Below are positions 46,016-53,856 of a DNA stretch of 64,000 nt, in pieces. The notes beneath the pieces are model-generated. The model made no database searches. It was not told the origin of the DNA and saw nothing but the letters and a program-made list of their open reading frames with translations. The stretch is from Pirellulales bacterium (GTDB lineage: Bacteria; Planctomycetota; Planctomycetia; Pirellulales; PALSA-1355), in assembly GCA_963733035.1 (NCBI GenBank), contig CAVTBU010000004.1, forward strand, positions 160,001 through 224,000, read 5' to 3'. A program made the translations under genes and the position numbers. How positions within the stretch are numbered: the stretch's first letter is position 1; every line of letters starts with the position of its first letter.

Positions 46016-46195
46016 TCACATCACTCCTAGCCCGTGGAATAAGATCGCGAACGCGTGCAAGATGAGACCGATGAAGGCGACTGCCCCGAGTAGCACGAAC
46101 GGGAGGGCCAGTCCGACAGAAGTCAGCATCACCACCGATGCCGTGAGCCAAACGACGTGCCAAACACTCGACAGCGAGGCCGGCTGCGACTCCAA
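46016..46195 (-). CDS. Possible small membrane protein (37-59 aa), absent from the ORF track
   Basis: Hydrophobic frame VWHVVWLTASVVMLTSVGLALPFVLLGAVAFIGLILHAFAILFHGLGVM*; TTG 46195 or ATG 46129. Confidence 0.35.
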   Translation of the reverse strand: MESQPASLSSVWHVVWLTASVVMLTSVGLALPFVLLGAVAFIGLILHAFAILFHGLGVM

Positions 46196-46357
46196 TTCGT
46201 TCAGTCTGCCAACCCTGACCTGTAAAGGCCATCGGGCCGACAGCGACCCAGGGTATCACCCCGGCAGTGACAATTTGGCTTGGCCATACATGCCAAAATG
46301 ACACGCCATTGTCGCCAATCGCCTCTGGAAGACGGCAAGTCTTTGCAAAGAACCGGC

Positions 46358-46373
46358 GGGCACGGCAGTTGCT
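46358..46373 (+). promoter_or_regulatory. Sigma-54 promoter
   Basis: GGGCACGGCAGTTGCT, 50 nt before the HPF-like gene. Confidence 0.65.
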
Positions 46374-46422
46374 GTCTATCGCAATGTCAAGTCAGCAGGC
46401 CGCTCAAGGTGGGAACCGTACG

Positions 46423-47410
46423 ATGAAAACACAATGGGTATTCAATAATTGCGGTCGGGATAAACGGAAGGCACAGGCATACTGGGAAAAGAAGGCGCAC
46501 CGGCTAAATCGCCTAATGTCAAACTACCGCCCTGAGCTGCGCCGCATTCGTTTGACGGTGTACCGCCACGATGCACGGGACGAGTGGGAGATGCGCGGCG
46601 TCGTGCACCTGCCCACCGGTACCCTTGTCTCGGAGGAGACCTGTGCGACGTTGCACGAATGCATCGACAAGGTGGCCGACGAGTTGGCGCGTGAGATCCG
46701 CCGGCACAAGAGTAAGGTAAGAAAAGATCATCTCTATCGTCGCCGGCGTCGGCGGCGTCAACAGCTGTCGGCCGCGGGCCCGTACCTAGCGCAAGATGCC
46801 TCAGACGGGCGAAAGGATGCCTTCGTGGCGATGTTGTTACCGTTGATGGATCAAGTTTGCGACCATGCTCGACGCGAGCTGCGGATCCTCGTGCACGATG
46901 GAACGCTTCCCAAGGGGGAATGGTACGCGCGCGACCTGGTCGATGATGTCCTGGTCCGCGCATGCGAATCGTTTGGCGAACGGCCGAACGACGTATCGCT
47001 CGACGTGTGGCGGATCGAACTACTCCACCAGCGCTTGCAGGAACTGTGTCAGCAGATTGAACCTGTATCGCTTGCCGCGTCGTCCTCTCGGTCACGAGCC
47101 ATTGACAACGACGACAACGAGGATCTGGACGATATCCAATATTGGCGGGAACTTCTGCTGGAACCGCCCGAGGAATTGTCGTTGGAGGAGTTGCTGCCAG
47201 ACGATGATGTGGGGGACATGTGGGACGAATTGTCCGCACAAGAACAACGCGACGGGTTGAAACGGCTTCTGTGGAAGCTACCCAAGCATCAGAGACAAGC
47301 TCTGATGCTGCACGACGCGCAGGATACTGGATCGTCACGAAAGCAACGTCGAGAACGACATTGAAGCAGCGCGCAGTAGGCTGAGAACCGAATTGACTGC
47401 GACCATTTGA
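46423..47410 (+). CDS. HPF/RaiA-like domain fused to sigma-70-like regions; frameshifting deletion near 47322
   Basis: HPF-like N-terminus (LPTGTL.SE...IDKVADEL.REIRRHK); LPKHQRQALML then out-of-frame ILDRHESNVENDIEAARSRLR. Confidence 0.7.
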
Positions 47411-47470
47411 TTAGCCGCGCTGTATCGATGTTCCGCTGGCACAATGCAATCTGCAACGTGGGATCAATTC

Positions 47471-47971
47471 CTAGTCTCCGACACCAATGTCAACTTGGAT
47501 TGCTTCATAGATCAGGTCCGTCTCCCGTGACTGAAAGTGCCGCAACGCAGTCAGCAGCCATGCAAGTCGTTGGCGAACGTCGGAGACGTCGGAGGAACCA
47601 TCGGGCACGCTCGACGACGAGAACTCCGTTCGCAGTGAACCGATCTGACGGACCAGGTCATCGTATTGGCGTCGCAACTGCTGGACGCGATTCTCAAGCC
47701 TGGGGGCCTCATTCAGAATGTCCGCCAACAGGCCCTCTTCGCCGCTCAAGTCGGCGGACTGCCTTTGCATCGTCTTGCCCAGTACGTCCAGCGCCTTGAC
47801 CACGGCCGTACGCCATGCTGATTCACGGTGCGGAGCCGGTTTTGCCAACGCGGATTCCAACACATGCATGGCCTTTAGCATAAGCTGACGCGTTAGCTGG
47901 CTGGCATCAACGGCCTGATCGCGTCGTGATTGATCGATTCGAGTGGATTTGCCTGGGGATGTGTGGCTCAT
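47471..47971 (-). CDS. Hemerythrin-like four-helix protein
   Basis: AGGAG SD; APRL..V..L..QY..L and LRHFQSRETDLIYEA..VDIG.GD; several His ligands appear replaced. Confidence 0.6.
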   Translation of the reverse strand: MSHTSPGKSTRIDQSRRDQAVDASQLTRQLMLKAMHVLESALAKPAPHRESAWRTAVVKALDVLGKTMQRQSADLSGEEGLLADILNEAPRLENRVQQLRRQYDDLVRQIGSLRTEFSSSSVPDGSSDVSDVRQRLAWLLTALRHFQSRETDLIYEAIQVDIGVGD

Positions 47972-48039
47972 GCGCGATCTCCTGCTGATTTGCTTACTCT
48001 CCTTTGATGCGTGTCTTGCCACTTGTCCTACGGAGTCCA

Positions 48040-48055
48040 TGCAAAGCTAGTGCCA
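48040..48055 (-). promoter_or_regulatory. Sigma-54 promoter
   Basis: TGGCACTAGCTTTGCA. Confidence 0.75.
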
Positions 48056-48774
48056 TTGCATAATGAAAACTATCGCGAGGCCCCCCGGCACAACAAAGCT
48101 GCCGACACGACTCTTGACGGCGCCAGTTTGATGGTTAGCAACGGTTTGGTAGTGGCCGAAATCTCCACCGCCGCAACGCGCCCAGACATCTCTGCGTCGA
48201 AGCAACGGACTGAGCAGCGAACGACTCAGACAGCCGCGGGGCGGAACACTGCTCGGCCGCCGGAGATTCCGATCTCCCTGTCAAATTGGCGTCTCAATTG
48301 CCACTATTGCCGCCCTGCTGGCGTCAGACTGTCGCACTCTCGCAGTGGAAGAACTCCCAGCAAGCGTTGGCACGCATGTTGTACAAGCGGATTCCGCGCA
48401 ACGGGTTCCAAGACGCGCGCCGCTGGTCGCTTTGTTCGGTGCATGGGATCTATCATGACGACGCGTACGGTGAATCCGAATACCCTCATCGAGGTCATCC
48501 GCGCGTTGCTGCATCGTTTTCGTCCCGCGATCCAACATGGTGTACACAATGAGCGGACAGAGCGATGGTCCCAAAATGGATTCCTCGTCCAAGCAAATGG
48601 CGCGGTTGGCGGCGATCGGCGAACAAGTCGCGTTGGCGGAAAATAAAGGACGACTGGCGTGCCGGGCCACGGCCAAATACCGAGGACCTAGAAGTAGCGG
48701 TGATCAGTCTTGTGGGCGCACAAGTCTTTGGCTGATATGAAGAAGGGATGTCGACCAGCCTCGGACGCCGGCCA

Positions 48775-48809
48775 GAAAAAGTTCTAACCGTGTCCAGTCG
48801 CCCCGATTT
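48775..48809 (+). repeat. att-like site 1 (tRNA-Pro 3' copy)
   Basis: AAAAAGTTCTAACCGTGTCCAGTCGCCCCGA; 15/17 match to 32636-32652. Confidence 0.8.
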
Positions 48810-48824
48810 TGACGAGACAGAAGG

Positions 48825-48855
48825 CCCTTCGGCAAAAATGTCGAAGGGTTTTTTT
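48825..48855 (+). terminator. Intrinsic terminator directly after att site 1
   Basis: CCCTTCGGCA-AAAA-TGTCGAAGGG followed by T7. Confidence 0.75.
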
Positions 48856-49087
48856 CTTTGGTGGGTCGGTAGTTACGTAACGATGACACAGGGTTCAAAT
48901 CGGCCGCTCGGTCAAGTGGGTTTTCTGCGGCTCGCTGATCTAAACCAATAGCCAGTCATCACTTTGTGTGGTTCAAAAACCGGTAGCGTGCGTCGGACCG
49001 GAGCGGGATGTAGTCAGACGCTTGCGAACAAAGGTCACGCCCTCATGTGCATGAACTTGCTTCCGGTTTCCGGCGTGCAGCGACCCT

Positions 49088-49330
49088 CGGTGGTAACCAG
49101 AATGCCTTTGCGCCAGGGAATCTCGGACGATACAGCCATTCTCCAGTAACGGCATCCAAGCACGTGAAGATGCCGCCATCTCATCTGGCAATGTAGACGT
49201 ATCCGTCGTAAAGCAAGGGGATGCCAATACCGGCCCGTTCTGTCGCGTATTCCAAACCAGGCTACTCTTGGCTGAATCACTTCTCGACCATTGATTCCGC
49301 CCAAGTCTCCAGCCCTCTTCGGCAAGAAGT
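49088..49330 (-). pseudogene. Decayed PQQ-like beta-propeller fragment
   Basis: LVWNTRQNGPVLASP / LLYDGYVYIAR*DGGIFTCLDAVTGEWLYRPRFPGAKAFW across a frameshift and a stop. Confidence 0.6.
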
Positions 49331-49455
49331 TCGTTGGTGCATGACTTCGCTGGAACTTTCTCGGCAAGCGACTCAGATTTCTTCCAGCAATCGCACGAAG
49401 TGAGTTACAAATCGGGCCTGCTCCGCGGCTGATCCCGACCGGAACAAAGCGGACG

Positions 49456-51780
49456 CTACCGGCGGCGCTTCTGGGTGGCGACGATGGGACGGCGCTCGAG
49501 TTTGTCGAGAATTTCCATGAACCGAGGTCGGTTGCGGTACTTTTCGCGAATATCTTTGACGAGTTCGATCCAGAAGTCGTCGCGATCGAGCGACTGCATG
49601 ATCGGCCGCATCTTGCGGAGGCAGGTGGCGACGGACTCGTAGGCGCCTTGATTGGCTTGCGGGAGATGCGCTTCGAGCTCAAGGTGGTAAACCTCTAACG
49701 CTCGCTCGGGATGAGACTTGGCCACGGCGGCCGCGACGCGAGAGGCGAGCCCCGCAGCGGAGTTCCAAGCCATCGCTCGGGAGGCACCACCTGACCTCGA
49801 CTTATCGTTGGCGACAATCGTGTCGAACCACCGGAGCGCTTGATCTGGTCTTTTCTCAGCGATAGCGAGGTCGACAAGAACGTCGAGGTACTTCCGCTGG
49901 CGATCATAGGGACTAGGCGGGCGAAGGAAGGCGGCGGCGAGGTAGTCGGGTAGCGGTAACGGCCAGCCGTCTTCGCAGATGAACCGAAGAGTTGGCGACG
50001 TCGAAGGCGCAGCGAACCCCTGCTTCGCGGATCTTGCTCGTTTCTTCTTCAACGCCGACGTTGCCGCTTGGGCAGGCGCGGTCTGGCAACGGATGGGGGC
50101 AATTCCCGTTTCCAGGAACTGTTCGGCGCGGCGGCGCACCGAGGTTCCGCATTTGGCCTTCTCGGCGGCGCCCACCAGATCCTGGAACGACTTGACATTG
50201 GGATTGCGAAAGAACTCGCACGCGGCTCGTGCCGCAACGACGTCCCATTGCTTGCGGCTGCGGGCCAGATCGACAAGCTTATCGGCCAGATGGGAAGCGA
50301 TGCCCGGGAGTTTCTCGTAGGTATGTTCAATCCCCTCCCGGGCCCAGTGCTCGGCGTCGTCGAAACGCTTGAGCTGCATCAAGTGATTGACCAGCCGTTC
50401 GTAACTGCCGGTGCGTCGGACCTCCGCTTCGTAAAGCGGGAGGACCTCGTCGTCTCGGCCCGCCTGTTCGAGGGAGTGAACGAGCCAATCGCTGAGCGAG
50501 TCGCGGCGATAATTGCGGCTCCAACCATCGAGACCATCGCCCACATTCCTGCTGTCTTCAGCGTTCTTATGCTCCTTCGACGAGGGATCGAGTCGGGCGG
50601 CCAGCGTGTCGGCGACCGCGGACCAGTCGGCACTCGACCATCGCGCGTCGAGAATACTTGCGGCCGACTCACCGATGTAATCCCACTGGTCGAGCTCGCA
50701 AGCGTCGATCGCGTAGAGAATCTTCTCGGCCGGCGACAGCGACGAAACAGCGACGGCGGCGAAGACGACGGGGAAGCACTCAGCCAAGGCCATGCCGGTC
50801 TCGCCTTCGTCATGCGACTGACCGACTTGGCTCATGCCACGCTCGAAGAGTTCTCGGCCCAATTCGACGACCGCGTCGGCATGACCGAGTTCGGCAAGGC
50901 GTTCAAAGCGGTGTTTGAGCCGGCTGTAGTCAGGCGTGTGGCCGTCGTGCTGCCAATGGTTCTGCCAGCCAATTTCGGACGTGACTGAGCGGAGCTCCTT
51001 GCGAGCCTCGCCAATCAGCCGGGCAGCGTCCCCTTCGCCGAGGAGGATGCGTTCCTGGAACTCCTGGCGGATCTCGGGAAAGCGATTGACGAGCTCAACT
51101 ACACATTTCGCCAATTCGGCGGCGGACTTCTTCTCAATGTCGGCCTGGATGAGGGCGTCCCATTCGGCGCGCGAACGACGGGGCGTTTTGGCCGTGGAGT
51201 TGGGGCTCTTGGATTTCCCGCCGGGACTACGTGTGCCTCGGCGAGAAGTTCTCATGGATGAGATTCGGGCAGACCGCGACGAGTCTTCATCATCCTCGTC
51301 CCAGTAGTCGTCGGTCTCGTCGTCGTAAAACTGTTCTTCCTCTTCGTACTCGTCAGCCGAGGACTCCGCGAGACGAGCCCAACGGGAATCGTCGGCCGCG
51401 GCCGCGGGGGGCGACTTACCGTCGGCAATTTGAGCAAGATACTCGGCGATCACGGCGACCGCGTGCTTGCACTGACTGCCAACCGGGCAGGTGCAGATTC
51501 CTACGATTTGGCCGCGAGACTTCTTCTTCGCTTCGAGATGCGCCGAAGTGACGTAACGGCGCGTCCCCTGGACTGCCGCAAGCAGCCGACCATCGCTGGA
51601 AACGGCCAAGTTTCTCACTTGGCCGCTCCGCTGGTATGAGCGCCCGCGTTGAACGCTGCGGCTGCCGAAAGCCTGGTCGAGATCGTCCCACGTGAGCTTG
51701 GCCCAGGCGGCTGCATGGGGAATCGCTGCAACGGCGTGTGGCTGGTCCAGGCGTGAAGCGGACGTTTTCTTGCGCGGCAT
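49456..51780 (-). CDS. SWIM zinc-finger protein with helical-repeat C-terminus
   Basis: RGRSY...G.V, CTCPVGSQCKHAVAV, acidic linker, YRNRPRFMEILD. Confidence 0.85.
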   Translation of the reverse strand: MPRKKTSASRLDQPHAVAAIPHAAAWAKLTWDDLDQAFGSRSVQRGRSYQRSGQVRNLAVSSDGRLLAAVQGTRRYVTSAHLEAKKKSRGQIVGICTCPVGSQCKHAVAVIAEYLAQIADGKSPPAAAADDSRWARLAESSADEYEEEEQFYDDETDDYWDEDDEDSSRSARISSMRTSRRGTRSPGGKSKSPNSTAKTPRRSRAEWDALIQADIEKKSAAELAKCVVELVNRFPEIRQEFQERILLGEGDAARLIGEARKELRSVTSEIGWQNHWQHDGHTPDYSRLKHRFERLAELGHADAVVELGRELFERGMSQVGQSHDEGETGMALAECFPVVFAAVAVSSLSPAEKILYAIDACELDQWDYIGESAASILDARWSSADWSAVADTLAARLDPSSKEHKNAEDSRNVGDGLDGWSRNYRRDSLSDWLVHSLEQAGRDDEVLPLYEAEVRRTGSYERLVNHLMQLKRFDDAEHWAREGIEHTYEKLPGIASHLADKLVDLARSRKQWDVVAARAACEFFRNPNVKSFQDLVGAAEKAKCGTSVRRRAEQFLETGIAPIRCQTAPAQAATSALKKKRARSAKQGFAAPSTSPTLRFICEDGWPLPLPDYLAAAFLRPPSPYDRQRKYLDVLVDLAIAEKRPDQALRWFDTIVANDKSRSGGASRAMAWNSAAGLASRVAAAVAKSHPERALEVYHLELEAHLPQANQGAYESVATCLRKMRPIMQSLDRDDFWIELVKDIREKYRNRPRFMEILDKLERRPIVATQKRRR

Positions 51781-52389
51781 GAAGAGTAAGTCTGCGTGAG
51801 TAGCGGGGCTGTTCGAACAGATTATCATAAGGGTGTTTGTGCAGAGCGTCGATCGCCTGGGCGACGACCGGTTGTGCGAAAAATCGCACGACTTACGAGG
51901 CGAGCTATAGTACCTTGGTTGATCCAAGATCCGGCCGACATGCCGTTCCGAAGAGGTGGCAACTGGCGCAGGTAAGGGATGCGGCATTCAAAGTCCTGGC
52001 TCACAAGACAGCAGGTTCTCGAATGGCAACGCCTTCTGCCGCGCGTTTGAGTGCTTCGGTCGGCCGGACCGACCGTTATTCGAGGGCGCTCAATGCCGCG
52101 GCGGGTACATCGTCCGGCCGCACTTCGAAATTGTGGCGCGGCGCAGAGGTGGAAAGCATCGACCGCTGCGAGACGTGTAGTCACCTTTGATGGCGATTAG
52201 CGACCTGGGACGGGCCGCGTTCGTGACCAATGACGGACCGACCTGGGCCAAGAACACGCAAGTATCCGACCTACCTGCTGGCTCACGCCTCTGGTCATCG
52301 CTGCTGGCGGCCAGCCACCGCGTCGGATTCCCCCAGAACTCGTTGTCCGGAATGGATTAAGCTGTTGGGCCATGTCTTGAGGGCATTCG

Positions 52390-52423
52390 AAAAAAGTTCA
52401 ATAGCCGTCCAGTTGCCCCGACT
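52390..52423 (+). repeat. att-like site 2 (tRNA-Pro 3' copy)
   Basis: AAAAAAGTTCAATAGCCGTCCAGTTGCCCCGACT aligns without gaps to att site 1. Confidence 0.75.
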
Positions 52424-52627
52424 AGAGTTACGACAAATACCTATCCGTTGCTAGTTCCACTAACCAGCCTCCGTGTGGCTGATTTCTTCCTCGCGGACTC
52501 TGCGTTGCGCCAAGGGCGTGCATGTCGTCTGGCGCCGTTTGGCGAGTCCGAAGCGCGTTGCACTTGACGACTTAGCGTCTCACGCCGATGGCGCTATCTC
52601 GACGCTGCTGGCCGGTAAAATCCTGTG

Positions 52628-52648
52628 CGCTTGACACTTTGTCAAGCG
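52628..52648. repeat. Perfect 9-bp inverted repeat
   Basis: CGCTTGACA-CTT-TGTCAAGCG. Confidence 0.8.
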
Positions 52649-53012
52649 GTCGCGAGCCTCCGTCGGATTCAGGACTTGGTGGGCACATGATTCAGAATCA
52701 CGTTTCCGGCTGGGGTTAGGAGGGCTGCAAAGGGGCTGGAGCGTTGACGACGAAAAGTGCCAGTAAGCGACGCCGTTCGAAAGTGTCCGCCTACGACCCC
52801 GACCGATCGCGACAGTGGACTTGAAGGGTGAGAGATCATGCGGGAAGCAGGACTTGAAAATACGCTCCCTCTCGGGGACTGGGTCTCCAAGGCCGGTCCA
52901 GCAATGCAAAAGGGCTGGATTCTGCGGGACCGGGGACACCGACTGGCATTCGCTGCCACAATGGTCCAGTATCGGCGCCGCGTGCTCCGTTGCCGGCCGA
53001 GAAACGCGCGGC

Positions 53013-53813
53013 CTACGAGCAGAGGCCAGCACGGCGCCGGCAGAAGAGTAGTCCGGCCACCAGGGCGCTAAGGGCCAGGCCGAACGTTGCGGGTTCTGGA
53101 ACGTTCAACTGGATCGTGCTCGTCGGAAAGCTGGCGGGGGCCTGCGACGTTGGAATACCGTCCCCAAATTCGTTGAGTGTATAGATGCCCCAGGCGCTCC
53201 CTGCGATGGGCACGATCGCGACGGAGCTAGGAATCATTTCCGTGCGGCGCACCAGGACGGTGCCCAGCAAGGTCGGAAAGCCAAGCGCGTTGGCAGCGCC
53301 CTGGCCGGGACGGACCGCTTCACCGTATTGACGATTCGCGGCCTCTTGGGGGGACGCTTCCACGATGATGCTTTTCAGGTCAGTGGCGTCCGACCCAAAG
53401 TCGGCATTTCCGAATTGCCAATGCGCTTGGATCCCCCCGGACGTTGCTCCGTTGCTGTCGTACATGGCCAGCGATGGGGACGCCGGATAGTACCCATTCG
53501 TTTGGGCAACGCCTGGATCGAGCCAACCGGAGCCGTTTTCCAATCCGGGTGCGAGCTGCACGTCGAAAATCGCGGTCCAAAAGTCTTCGTCGGCAGCGAG
53601 GTCGTTCACGCTCAGACGAAACTCGTATTGCAGATAGCCACCCACCGGAGTTGCCGCGCCATCGTCCGCGAGCTCACCAATGGAGTTCAACGCGGCGTCG
53701 AAACTCTGAACATAGCTGGGCACAATCGACATCGTCGCTCCCGCCGCAGTGAGCGGCAACGGCGCAAACAGCCAGCAAAGCATGATCGCCAGTGAGTTGC
53801 GGATGGACTTCAT
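53013..53813 (-). CDS. PEP-CTERM surface protein
   Basis: Signal peptide; C-terminal VPEP + TM helix + RRR. Confidence 0.9.
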   Translation of the reverse strand: MKSIRNSLAIMLCWLFAPLPLTAAGATMSIVPSYVQSFDAALNSIGELADDGAATPVGGYLQYEFRLSVNDLAADEDFWTAIFDVQLAPGLENGSGWLDPGVAQTNGYYPASPSLAMYDSNGATSGGIQAHWQFGNADFGSDATDLKSIIVEASPQEAANRQYGEAVRPGQGAANALGFPTLLGTVLVRRTEMIPSSVAIVPIAGSAWGIYTLNEFGDGIPTSQAPASFPTSTIQLNVPEPATFGLALSALVAGLLFCRRRAGLCS

Positions 53814-53856
53814 AGTTGTCTCGTTCGGTATCAATTGTCACGAAGTGCTATTCGAC

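Larger units (their letters stand above)
32650..48806. mobile_element. Genomic island 1 at tRNA-Pro (about 16.2 kb, no integrase seen)
   Basis: GTCGCCCCGA at the tRNA 3' end (32640-32649) recurs at 48797-48806; gene debris at the left end; accessory content. Confidence 0.75.
48807..52423. mobile_element. Genomic island 2 remnant (about 3.6 kb)
   Basis: Bounded by two related att-like sites; contains pseudogene debris and a SWIM gene. Confidence 0.65.

Noticed and set aside
46442..47338. Long antisense ORFs (also 12489-13586, 50068-50988, 8230-9012 and others)
   Set aside because: Shadows of real genes in high-GC DNA, with no recognisable motifs.
48455..48740. Short ORFs behind the imperfect sigma-54 motif at 48368
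   Set aside because: No recognisable family or SD; coding status cannot be decided from sequence alone.
48704..48898. Standalone 64-aa gene
   Set aside because: It spans the att junction and a terminator, and is better read as a chimera of two element ends.
52808..52825. Second tRNA-like 3' fragment (TTCAAGTCCACTGTCGCG on the minus strand)
   Set aside because: The acceptor part resembles no tRNA I recognise; probably chance.
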